Below are positions 1 to 8,078 of a stretch of 64,000 nt of DNA, one piece after another. Within the stretch, counting starts at the first letter, position 1. Every line of letters begins with the position of its first letter. Source of the DNA: an uncultured virus (IMG/VR IMGVR_UViG_2822699256_000006). Taxonomy: Duplodnaviria; Heunggongvirae; Uroviricota; Caudoviricetes. Both the position numbers and the translations under genes were made by a program. The stretch lies in the IMG/VR virus record IMGVR_UViG_2822699256_000006. One strand, 5' to 3'. The notes under the pieces are model-generated. The model was not told where the DNA came from. It searched no databases and was given only the letters and a program-made list of their open reading frames with translations.

Positions 1-217
1 AATTCCCCTTTCGAAAATCGAACTGATGTTCTTATCTGCATTTATTATAATTGAACATCCTTATTTAGTCAATTCAATTACCAAATTCATTATAACAGCA
101 TGAAGAATTATCCAACAATATATAATATTATACAAATATAGGATTTTTTTACTATTATTTAGCTATTTGATAATTAATATTTACCAAATGATAGTTACTA
201 GTTAATATTAATTAAAT

Positions 218-250
218 AAAAAAAGAGCTACTGATATGAAATCAGTAGCT
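218..250 (-). terminator. Intrinsic terminator after the secreted protein/peptide pair
   Basis: Perfect 10-bp stem AGCTACTGAT (226-235)/ATCAGTAGCT (241-250), followed on the minus strand by a T-run (A-run 218-224). Confidence 0.8.
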
Positions 251-264
251 TAAAAATTTTGACT

Positions 265-381
265 CTAGTTAGCGAAATAAGTTACTACCCCTATAATAAT
301 CGGGATAACAATAAAAATCGCCAGACACCAAAGTACAATTTTGGAAGTTGATCTTTTTCTAGCAGGTTTTGTATCTTGCAC
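265..381 (-). CDS. 38-aa single-TM membrane peptide (not in ORF track)
   Basis: RBS AAAGGAGGTGA then GTG; MQDTKPARKRSTSKIVLWCLAIFIVIPIIIGVVTYFAN*; basic N-terminus plus hydrophobic helix. Confidence 0.75.
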   Translation of the reverse strand: MQDTKPARKRSTSKIVLWCLAIFIVIPIIIGVVTYFAN

Positions 382-405
382 TTAATCACCTCCTTTATCT
401 AAATA

Positions 406-1152
406 TTAATCTCTCCAAAACGAACCGCTAGTTTTGCCATTTCCATTACCATTTACAGTACAGTGTACGTTACCAATTTGAACTCCATATCCTGCTACTC
501 CTACTTTGTAATAGAATGTTGCTTTACCGTAGTATTTTCCATTGCTAACATATCCGTTTTTATCTGAACGGTCTGTAGTAATAGTAGGATTGTAATGTTT
601 CACTACTCGGCCACTTGTATAATTGTGCGAAGTAGCCTTACTTCCATTATAGTTGTAAGAACCTTCCACTGCATATTGAGACATTGTTATTCCGAATAGA
701 GAAAGTGTTCCATAATGAGACACACTTCTTGATCCAGCAGCCATTTTCATCTCTGGGAAGTTAACTTCAGTCTCATTTAGTTTAACTTCATTCGCAAATT
801 TACCTAATTTCTTTGTGTCATTGTTGAAAAATGCTGCCATTTTTTCCGGACTGTTAATGAATTCTACATACGCCTCTTGCTTTTCTTTTGAGAGCGCTTT
901 AAATTCTTTTAATGTTTCTTTAGCCCCTGCTACTGAAAACATAACAGATGCTTTGTCTGTGATACCTGAGTCATTTGCATCTTTTACTGAATAATTCTCC
1001 AGATACTTAATATAATCTTCCGGAGTTTGAATGGAGCTTTGTGCCTTAACCTCATCTGCTTTTACTCCGTTCGGCGTTGCAAACAAAGCAGATACCAAAA
1101 ACAATGCGACAGCAACCAATAAAACTTTACTTCCTTTCAAAAGCTTTAACAC
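406..1152 (-). CDS. Secreted protein, Sec signal peptide, Gly/Tyr/Asn-rich beta C-terminal domain
   Basis: Start moved to GTG at 1152 after RBS GGGGAGG; basic-hydrophobic N-terminus ending VKA-DE. Confidence 0.8.
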   Translation of the reverse strand: MLKLLKGSKVLLVAVALFLVSALFATPNGVKADEVKAQSSIQTPEDYIKYLENYSVKDANDSGITDKASVMFSVAGAKETLKEFKALSKEKQEAYVEFINSPEKMAAFFNNDTKKLGKFANEVKLNETEVNFPEMKMAAGSRSVSHYGTLSLFGITMSQYAVEGSYNYNGSKATSHNYTSGRVVKHYNPTITTDRSDKNGYVSNGKYYGKATFYYKVGVAGYGVQIGNVHCTVNGNGNGKTSGSFWRD

Positions 1153-1438
1153 AAAAAATTCCTCCCCTATATCTTTATATGCTGTCGAAACTTGGAAGTA
1201 TCTCTGAAACAAAAATAACACAAATATTTACAGAAATGTTAGCATCTTAAAATTTGTAATACAATTGTAAATATTTCCTAAATTGGAAATAGAGATGATT
1301 AGATTTAAAAAATGTTCTAAATAAATATAATTGTGCACTAAAAATATCATTTCTTCTCTTTATCATAAGAACCTCTAATACTCTTATAGCTTTATATTTA
1401 TTAATAATAAAAAGATATGATTAAATTCTTTTTAATTC

Positions 1439-1704
1439 GGTATCAAATTTTGATGGGGGGTGCACCAGATTTTGATAGGCGATTTTTCACGTATCAAAAT
1501 TTGATAGGCGATTTTTTGGGGATAAATCCATTTTGCTGTTGATAAGCAATGAAAACTTTTATTAATTTTAGGGTATCAAAATTTGATAGGCGAGGGTGTC
1601 AAATTTTGATAGGCGAGTTGTAAAAAAATGGATTGTCGGGTGTCAAATTCTGATAGGCGGCGTATCAAATCTTGATGGGCGAGGGTATCAGAATTTGATG
1701 GGCG
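1439..1704 (+). repeat. Iteron-like array, 8 copies of a ~21-bp motif (candidate replication origin)
   Basis: Consensus GGTATCAAAATTTGATAGGCG at 1439, 1461, 1490, 1572, 1595, 1639, 1661, 1684; spacing mostly 22-23 or 44 bp; AT-rich flank at ~1250-1435. Confidence 0.85.
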
Positions 1705-1758
1705 GAGAATACTAGGGTCATCCATTAAATGTAAGCAAGACAAATATTCTGACAAAAG

Positions 1759-1787
1759 TTGTTTTCTGACAACATAAGTTGTATAAT
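1759..1787 (+). promoter_or_regulatory. SigA-like promoter for putative antitoxin RNA
   Basis: TTGTTT-17 bp-TATAAT pointing into the 3' end of the small toxin-like gene; no downstream ORF. Confidence 0.55.
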
Positions 1788-1793
1788 GAGTGT

Positions 1794-1930
1794 GTAGAGA
1801 TTAACTATCTCACATCAATGGTTTTAACTACTTAAATTAGTGCATAATAATAAAAGACGAGATGCTGGTAACATCCCGTCCGATATGTAACTGCTGCCGC
1901 TAGGTGGTAGGTTGCAAAAATTTTATTTTC
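1794..1930 (+). ncRNA. Putative type I antitoxin antisense RNA
   Basis: Follows the promoter, contains hairpins at ~1857-1880 and ~1887-1916, convergent on the toxin-like mRNA 3' end; ends approximate. Confidence 0.45.
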
Positions 1931-2093
1931 TTTTTGAACCACCTTTATTACGTTTGGCTGACGTGGAGGTGGTTCTTTTACGTTTATTACTGCCTTTTAC
2001 AAGCTTATTTGCATAAGCAGTTGCAAAAGTTGTTATGAATACTGTTACGAATAACTTCGTAGCATCCTGCAATAATTGTTGTAAAAAATCCAT
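1923..2093 (-). CDS. 56-aa type I toxin-like peptide (hydrophobic helix + highly basic tail, YonT-like architecture)
   Basis: RBS GGAAAGGAGGTG; MDFLQQLLQDATKLFVTVFITTFATAYANKLVKGSNKRKR...; anti-SD in leader; extended -10 TGTGGTATAAT at 2176-2186. Confidence 0.7.
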   Translation of the reverse strand: MDFLQQLLQDATKLFVTVFITTFATAYANKLVKGSNKRKRTTSTSAKRNKGGSKRK

Positions 2094-2215
2094 ATCGGTT
2101 ACACCTCCTTTCCCTCTTGAAATCAGAGAAAGAAAGGATGCAACCTCCCACCACACGCCTTCAGTTACTAATTCTATTATACCACATTAAAATATAAGAG
2201 GTGTGAAAAATCAGA

Positions 2216-2572
2216 TTATTCTTGGATGCTATTTATTGACTCCATTGGTCGATGATTAAATTGCAATCCGTATCCTGCTTCATGTAAATGATCTTGCACT
2301 AGGGCATAAAACTCTTTACCGTATTCATTACGTTCATGTAGCGCATACACTTGGATTACAAATTTATTCTTTCCAATTGTTTGAGGTGTTGTTTCATATA
2401 TTTCTCCACTTTCAATAAATGCTAGATATCTATTTATCTTTTCTTGTAAAAGTAATGCGTGTTCATGTTCTTCTTCCCAATCCAATGCATCAAAAATAGT
2501 TAAATATACTATATCTTCGTTTTCATCATCTAGAGAAATTAAATCTACTTGATCTACGTCATGTAGTGCCAT
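2216..2572 (-). CDS. Acidic immunity protein candidate (DUF6572-like)
   Basis: Directly downstream of toxin gene; motif LTIFDALDW...H..LLQEKINRYLAFIESGEI. Confidence 0.7.
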   Translation of the reverse strand: MALHDVDQVDLISLDDENEDIVYLTIFDALDWEEEHEHALLLQEKINRYLAFIESGEIYETTPQTIGKNKFVIQVYALHERNEYGKEFYALVQDHLHEAGYGLQFNHRPMESINSIQE

Positions 2573-2583
2573 ATAAAAACCTC

Positions 2584-3504
2584 CTAGTCATTTTTTCGTA
2601 TCACTGTAACTTTAGTTGGTGGGATCTCTTCAAGATATTCAAAAGGTGGCTTACTTCTGCTTCTAACAATTGCGCCACTCTCTTCAATTTCAGGGAATGC
2701 TTTTTTCTGATTTTTTGTAAGAGGTGCAGTTGGTGAAGATTTTAATTCAATCAAATCTATTTTACCATCTATACCCTTCCCTGCTATATCTAAACGTGTT
2801 CGAACCCCTGATTTTGTCATAATCGTAACTTGATTATTTAATTCCGATTGTACTTTTTCTTTCCGTATAATTGCTTCCATTTCTTTTTCAAAGACATCTC
2901 CAGCCTTTGAGTTTTTTGCTAGTGTTTCTCGCCTCTTTTCTAGTTGTGCTGCGGCATCTAAAGCATTTGCAACTTTTTTTCCTGATTTCAGTATTTTAAC
3001 GCCTTTTCCGATAGGTGTAATACCAGCTACTACCATTACTCCAGCTAAACTACGTTCCCACCATGAAAGTTTTTTACCTGTATCAGGATCGACACCTTCA
3101 ATGACACGTCTTACGTCATATTCTCCTGTCAACTCTCCTGCTAAATCTCTAGTTAGTTTTCCCATATCAGCTTCTTCATTTTGAACTGAAGAATTGCTAG
3201 TGTTCACATTGCTATTTTCAACCAAGTTTCCTCCATAGAGTTGATCTGCATTTCGAAATTTATCAGCAGCATGCGTGAGTTGATCTGCAATGCTATCTAA
3301 TATTTGGAGAACAGAAAACATTTTTGGTTTCGCATCGTTAAACATTTGATAAAAACGATCACTTGTTGCGCCACTCCATTGAGAAGCAATATATTCAGTT
3401 TGATTAGATAAATCCTTATGTATGTATTCTAGGCTGTTTCTGGTATTTTGTACTGTTTTAGCTGCCTGCTCTAACCGTTCAGGCGTAACTTTTATTTGCG
3501 TCAT
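2584..3504 (-). CDS. WXG100-domain polymorphic toxin with pre-toxin TG region and PD-(D/E)XK nuclease tip
   Basis: N-term MTQIKVTPERL...QWSG; GVDPDTGKKLSWWER pre-toxin motif; C-term RLD...IELKSS..APLTKNQ. Confidence 0.85.
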   Translation of the reverse strand: MTQIKVTPERLEQAAKTVQNTRNSLEYIHKDLSNQTEYIASQWSGATSDRFYQMFNDAKPKMFSVLQILDSIADQLTHAADKFRNADQLYGGNLVENSNVNTSNSSVQNEEADMGKLTRDLAGELTGEYDVRRVIEGVDPDTGKKLSWWERSLAGVMVVAGITPIGKGVKILKSGKKVANALDAAAQLEKRRETLAKNSKAGDVFEKEMEAIIRKEKVQSELNNQVTIMTKSGVRTRLDIAGKGIDGKIDLIELKSSPTAPLTKNQKKAFPEIEESGAIVRSRSKPPFEYLEEIPPTKVTVIRKND

Positions 3505-3597
3505 ACCATCCCTTCTTTTCCTAGTATTTACAATCGAATTATATCATAGAAATATTCTATATATTTATAAAATTTAAACGAGATGGATTTAAGTAAT

Positions 3598-3627
3598 AAA
3601 AAAAGAAGAGTGAAATCTCACTCTTCT
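3598..3627 (-). terminator. Intrinsic terminator after Rep candidate
   Basis: Stem AGAAGAGTGA/TCACTCTTCT followed by T-run on minus strand. Confidence 0.75.
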
Positions 3628-4655
3628 CCTGGTTGTACTTCTGCTACTTCCATGTAGTCAAAAACAAGGGTATGAATATCCTCATCAAAATGCGTACATT
3701 CTTGTAAGGATTCAATGATTACATCTTTGTAATGTGATGCTAACCAGTCTGAAGCGAACTTAGTTCGGCTATATATACAGAAATGGTTTCCATTTTGAAG
3801 GAATATACTTCCTGTAAACCACGTTTCAAATGATGGCTTAGAAACATTCTTTGTATGCTGGATAGTATCTAATACCTTTATCCAGATATCAATATCTTTT
3901 TCAGAACGTGATTTTCTAAGTTCTCTTGTTTTTAAGAACTCACTCTTTTGAATATGCATTGGAGATACAGGTTTCTTTCTTAGTTCTCCGCTCTCTGTTA
4001 GATCATCATAGATTTGAGAGTAATCCGTTTCCTCATTAAACTCAGGAATCTCTTCAAAGTTTTCTACTAATCTATTCATAAATCTTTCATGGTGCTCTTT
4101 TAAGTTCTCAGGCAACTTATCAATCAAATCTTGTGATAAGAAAGGAACTTTCTTTCTTACTTTATAAAGTGGACTTTCATCCATTCTATTGTTTTTCTGA
4201 CTTTGCACTAAAAACTTATAAACAAACCCATAGTCTTCAAGTATTTTCAAATACTTCTTAACTGTATTTGCGCTTTTCCCCATTTTTTGTGCCAATAATG
4301 GCAAGTCAGGGAAGCACCAGTTTTTATCACCATAGCAATGACGCAATAAGTGTCCGTATAATGCTAATCCTTCTGCTTGTATGTAATGCCCCCAAAAATC
4401 ATACACATATTCATGAATCATTACAATATGACCATGCATATATGGTAATGGTTGGCCAAGGCGATCTAAGTTGAATTTACGAACATCGTCCTCTGTAAAA
4501 TATACCCGATCCAATATCGGTGTAAAGTATGTTTGCGGTTGACCTTTTACAACCCTTACCTTCTCTTCTACTCTACCAGTGTCTATATTTCGGTAGTAAA
4601 GCAGATTTCCGGTTCGACCTTTCAAGTTTAGCTTTTGCTCTTGAAAATCACTCAC
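3618..4655 (-). CDS. Replication initiator candidate (winged HTH + DnaA N-terminal-like domain)
   Basis: Start moved to GTG at 4655 after RBS GGGAGG; HTH CFPDLPLLAQKMGKSANTVKKYLKILEDYGFV; C-term WIKVL..VSKPSFETWF...FASDWLASHY. Confidence 0.75.
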   Translation of the reverse strand: MSDFQEQKLNLKGRTGNLLYYRNIDTGRVEEKVRVVKGQPQTYFTPILDRVYFTEDDVRKFNLDRLGQPLPYMHGHIVMIHEYVYDFWGHYIQAEGLALYGHLLRHCYGDKNWCFPDLPLLAQKMGKSANTVKKYLKILEDYGFVYKFLVQSQKNNRMDESPLYKVRKKVPFLSQDLIDKLPENLKEHHERFMNRLVENFEEIPEFNEETDYSQIYDDLTESGELRKKPVSPMHIQKSEFLKTRELRKSRSEKDIDIWIKVLDTIQHTKNVSKPSFETWFTGSIFLQNGNHFCIYSRTKFASDWLASHYKDVIIESLQECTHFDEDIHTLVFDYMEVAEVQPGEE

Positions 4656-4675
4656 TTTTTTCTCCTCCCATTGCG

Positions 4676-4705
4676 TTGACAATGACAGAGAATTTCCGTT
4701 ATACT
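4676..4705 (+). promoter_or_regulatory. SigA promoter for countertranscript RNA
   Basis: TTGACA-18 bp-TATACT antisense to the rep leader. Confidence 0.7.
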
Positions 4706-4711
4706 ATCATT

Positions 4712-4800
4712 ACATATGTGATAGCACTCACCTTTATTTGGTGAGTTACGGCAACTCTCTACCAGAACCCTTTCGCTCCCAACGAAAAGGTTCTTTTTTT
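4712..4800 (+). ncRNA. ~90-nt antisense (countertranscript) RNA to rep leader
   Basis: Promoter upstream, internal hairpin ACTCACC/GGTGAGT, terminator AGAACCCTTTCG-loop-CGAAAAGGTTCT + T-run at ~4765-4800. Confidence 0.65.
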
Positions 4801-4842
4801 ATGTCAACATGTATTATTTTTTCAAAGATCTCTTTTGGTGCA

Positions 4843-4871
4843 CAAAAAAACGCACTCTATTTTTAGGTGCG
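4843..4871 (-). terminator. Terminator/attenuator within the rep leader
   Basis: Minus strand CGCAC-CTAAAAATAGA-GTGCG followed by T7. Confidence 0.5.
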
Positions 4872-4950
4872 ACTAAACAAACGTTAGCATGAGGATAGAC
4901 TTGTCCCAGTGGACATAGCAGTCCCTCTGCTACAGTGTAATCGCATTTCC

Positions 4951-4980
4951 ATTTTAGCACAAATTACTACAAACTGTGAA
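4951..4980 (-). promoter_or_regulatory. Putative rep promoter
   Basis: Minus strand TTCACA-18 bp-TAAAAT with TGTG extended -10. Confidence 0.55.
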
Positions 4981-5050
4981 GACATAATTTTACAAGCTTT
5001 GCTAAAAAACAATACTTGTATCCTATTGTTTCATTTGTTATAATTATCTT

Positions 5051-5112
5051 AATTAAATTAATAGATGTAATCGCACGTAATCCCCTGTCATTTTTGGCAG
5101 GGGATTACTTTA
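5051..5112 (+). ncRNA. Putative ~60-nt small RNA
   Basis: TTGTAT-17-TATAAT (5016-5044) then 14-bp hairpin GTAATCCCCTGTCA/TGGCAGGGGATTAC + T-rich tail; no ORF. Confidence 0.5.
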
Positions 5113-5121
5113 TGGATTCAT

Positions 5122-5152
5122 AAAAAAAGAGCCTATATTGTGTAGGCTCTTT
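5122..5152 (-). terminator. Intrinsic terminator ending the long minus-strand operon
   Basis: AGAGCCTATA/TGTAGGCTCT stem with flanking A7. Confidence 0.75.
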
Positions 5153-5381
5153 ATTTCTCTTCTCGTCCATCGTCTACTATATTAGTATGAGATGTGAGGT
5201 CTGATTTTACTTGCATATATATACTAGTAATAAGTCCTATTAAACTAACTGCGGCGATGATTAAGAAATAGATAGTATACCAGAAATTAAACGGCTTACT
5301 TACAAATGCAAAAATAATTGATAATATCAGTGCAATTGAAAAATTTATAGCAGATTTAGTACGATGATTTAGTGATCTCAT
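5151..5381 (-). CDS. Small two-TM membrane protein
   Basis: Two hydrophobic stretches; coupled to upstream ORF. Confidence 0.65.
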   Translation of the reverse strand: MRSLNHRTKSAINFSIALILSIIFAFVSKPFNFWYTIYFLIIAAVSLIGLITSIYMQVKSDLTSHTNIVDDGREEK

Positions 5382-5562
5382 TTTCTTTCTCCCTTCTTTT
5401 AATTTCAGCTTCTGTTCTTTTAATACTTGCTAAGGCACCTTGTAGTGCCCAGGATATATTTTGAAAATCTTCAAATGGTAGTTTCTGTCCATCTTTGAAG
5501 ATTGTAAATTTTAGAGTGTTTTCATTTATTTTAATTTCGTATTCACTATTATTTAGTGGCAT
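5356..5562 (-). CDS. Hypothetical protein
   Basis: Operonic, overlaps neighbours. Confidence 0.6.
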   Translation of the reverse strand: MPLNNSEYEIKINENTLKFTIFKDGQKLPFEDFQNISWALQGALASIKRTEAEIKRREKENEITKSSY

Positions 5563-6154
5563 GGAAACTTTCCTCGATGATAATCTTTAATATCTCAGTA
5601 ATTGTTGCGTTTAAATGTCCTTGTTGATTTTGTATAATATGATCACAATGCTTGCTTACGTTCTTGTCTCGGTCAATGCGGTCTAACCTAGCTTTAATTT
5701 CTGTTTTATCTCTGCCTTGTTTGATCATTCTATATTCTAAGTCATCTCTAGATGTGTTAATAAAAATAGTAACAATTTGAGATGAGTCATAGCCTTTTAT
5801 TCGGTCTAGGGATTTTCTTAATTTAAGAATTCCATCCCAATCTATTACATATATCATTGGCTTCTCTTCAAGGGGCATTAATTCTCCTTGTGTTATTCCA
5901 TAGTAATGTCCACTGTATAGTGTTTTGGCAATCCATAGATTTTCTTGATCCATTTTTAAGAAAGTATCTTTATTGATAAAATGACCATCTACTCCATCAA
6001 CTTCCCCTTCTCTTGGTTGCCTTGTTCTATAGGAGATAACTTTTGGTAAATTGATGCTATCAGCTATCGCTGTTTTACCCGTTCCAGATGGACCTATTAA
6101 GCAAAAAATCTTATTTGATCGGGCTATCAAATCTGAATGCTTGTTGCTATACAT
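5549..6154 (-). CDS. gmk: Guanylate kinase-like protein
   Basis: P-loop GPSGTGKT; SYRTRQPREGEVDGVDGHF; HYYG. Confidence 0.85.
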   Translation of the reverse strand: MYSNKHSDLIARSNKIFCLIGPSGTGKTAIADSINLPKVISYRTRQPREGEVDGVDGHFINKDTFLKMDQENLWIAKTLYSGHYYGITQGELMPLEEKPMIYVIDWDGILKLRKSLDRIKGYDSSQIVTIFINTSRDDLEYRMIKQGRDKTEIKARLDRIDRDKNVSKHCDHIIQNQQGHLNATITEILKIIIEESFHATK

Positions 6155-6156
6155 TC

Positions 6157-6399
6157 CTATATCCCCATTTCCTTTTTTGTTTCGCTAATCTGTTCATTAA
6201 CAGCATCAAGAATTGTTGAGTGGCAGCTCAGTGTTGCGTTTAACATTTCTTGAACATTTAACCCATATTTGTCTGTAATTTTCCTGATTTCTTCCCACAT
6301 TTCTTCCCCTGCTGCAACTGATCGTTTTAATTCTTCTTCAGAAATGGTAGCTTGTATCATTCCTAAAAGGGCTTGCGTTTGTGCCAGGTATTTTTCCAT
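6157..6399 (-). CDS. Hypothetical helical protein
   Basis: RBS GAGGAG, operonic. Confidence 0.7.
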   Translation of the reverse strand: MEKYLAQTQALLGMIQATISEEELKRSVAAGEEMWEEIRKITDKYGLNVQEMLNATLSCHSTILDAVNEQISETKKEMGI

Positions 6400-6629
6400 G
6401 ATGCATCTCCTCTTTCATTTGTTTCACTTATATAAGATTCAATATCTGTAAGGTCGCTATATATAAAATAAAAAGCAAACATAAATGCGAATACTGGACT
6501 TGTATAATGATAAAGTGCATAAAAGATGCCAACTAGCATTAGAATTCTAATTTTATGGAGTACAGCAAACCAATTAATCTGAAGTTGGATCTTCATGATT
6601 ATGCTCTCTTTTCTTTTGCATTTCATCAA
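6363..6629 (-). CDS. Small membrane protein
   Basis: Hydrophobic segments; true start probably the later MKIQLQ. Confidence 0.55.
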   Translation of the reverse strand: MMKCKRKESIIMKIQLQINWFAVLHKIRILMLVGIFYALYHYTSPVFAFMFAFYFIYSDLTDIESYISETNERGDASWKNTWHKRKPF

Positions 6630-6885
6630 AGTCTTTTACGCATTGTCTCATGTGCTCAATAATAGGATTGAGTTCGAGGTGGTTGGTAACAACTAATGTG
6701 CCATCTTCATGCGGCCAAGTTAATCTATGAGTAAGGTTTTCACTTTCATCATTAGAATAAAAAATTTCAATTAATCTTCTGTTTTGAATGTTTTGCACTG
6801 AATCGATATTGCAATCTGCTGGTATACCTAAGTTACCTTTTAGAAACTCATAAGGAACCTTAGTGGAACCATATTTTCTCTTCAT
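6574..6885 (-). CDS. Hypothetical protein
   Basis: RBS AAAGGAG, operonic. Confidence 0.7.
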   Translation of the reverse strand: MKRKYGSTKVPYEFLKGNLGIPADCNIDSVQNIQNRRLIEIFYSNDESENLTHRLTWPHEDGTLVVTNHLELNPIIEHMRQCVKDFDEMQKKREHNHEDPTSD

Positions 6886-6955
6886 TTACTTGTACACTCC
6901 TTTTATTAATAAATGCGTGAAAACTTCCTAGAAAATCCCCACGCATTTATTGTTA

Positions 6956-8050
6956 TTATTTATTCATTTGCTCAATAAGTTTACGTTTTGTTTCTGGTCC
7001 ATAGATACCATCAGCATTATTACAGTAAACAGATTGGAAACGATATACGGCATTTACTGTTTTATCTCCATAGAATCCATCACATCCATGATTAGGTGCA
7101 CCTTTGTCTGGATAGAAATATACACTTGCTAATGCGTTTTGTACTGCTCGAACAGCTTCACCGCTTGCTCCTTTTTTCAAGATTCCATCTGGAAGTCCAT
7201 TACTTGAACCAGAAGTTGATGTTCCTGAGTTATTCCCATAAGGAATGAATTTAACAAATTCAGGATTAGCAGTACAGAATTGACGTTCACCACCAAGACA
7301 ATACCAATCGCCTTGCTTATAGAATACAGCCCATTCTGTTCCGTTATCTAACAATCTTAATGTATGTCCATCCATACCTGGGCGGTCACGGAGTCTTACT
7401 GCTGTTGCTGTGATTACTACTTTACCGATAGGTTCACCGCTACCGCCTGCTGGTGGCTGAGGTTTAGAAACTACAACATCTTCTCCACCATTAATGCAGC
7501 TATTATATTCACGCACAATATCTTTTAAAAGTTGTGAGTAAGTTCTACCCATTGTGCGAAGACCTTGGCTAGGATCAACTTTTCGTGCAGGGTCTAAAAT
7601 TTCATGTCCCGTAATGGAGTTAGCTGGATTAAGACCAAACTTATAACAAGAGTAAGCAAGTACCCAAATATAACGCTTATACGCTTCTTCTCCATCAATC
7701 TTTCCACCGAAGCACAATTCAACTCCACCAGCATAATCGTTAGCATCGCCACCAAACATTCGATTATCTGTTGTCACATTATAAAGTACATGCCATGCCT
7801 TTTCAGGTGTTCCTGTTAAGAATGGAATGCATTCAATGATTCGCTTATCATCTACAAATATATGTGCAGATGCTTCCATTTCATTGCGGCTTCTTTGATA
7901 ATAATCTACATTGTTTTGTGCTGTAGATGTTGGGTTACCTGTATCGTGTGCTACCATAAATTTAACACCAGGCATTTTGATACCAGGACGACGTAATGTC
8001 TTACTTGTTAAGTATTGTTGCTCAATTTCATATTTCATTTTAAAACCCAT
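6956..8050 (-). CDS. N-acetylmuramoyl-L-alanine amidase (Amidase_2 + SH3b-like + PG-binding) endolysin
   Basis: VAHDTGN, SAHIFVDD, AWH, GVELC, GHEILD; C-term DGFYGDKTVNAVYRFQ...DGIYGPET. Confidence 0.9.
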   Translation of the reverse strand: MGFKMKYEIEQQYLTSKTLRRPGIKMPGVKFMVAHDTGNPTSTAQNNVDYYQRSRNEMEASAHIFVDDKRIIECIPFLTGTPEKAWHVLYNVTTDNRMFGGDANDYAGGVELCFGGKIDGEEAYKRYIWVLAYSCYKFGLNPANSITGHEILDPARKVDPSQGLRTMGRTYSQLLKDIVREYNSCINGGEDVVVSKPQPPAGGSGEPIGKVVITATAVRLRDRPGMDGHTLRLLDNGTEWAVFYKQGDWYCLGGERQFCTANPEFVKFIPYGNNSGTSTSGSSNGLPDGILKKGASGEAVRAVQNALASVYFYPDKGAPNHGCDGFYGDKTVNAVYRFQSVYCNNADGIYGPETKRKLIEQMNK

Positions 8051-8078
8051 AACTTTTACACCATCTTCCTTAATTTTA

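Noticed and set aside
1439..1704. Repeat array as CRISPR
   Set aside because: Repeats are mostly separated by 1-2 bp, with irregular gaps and no unique 30-40 bp spacers; no cas1/cas2 present
1742..1772. CodY-like boxes (TTCTGACAA twice)
   Set aside because: Too many mismatches to the consensus in AT-rich DNA to support
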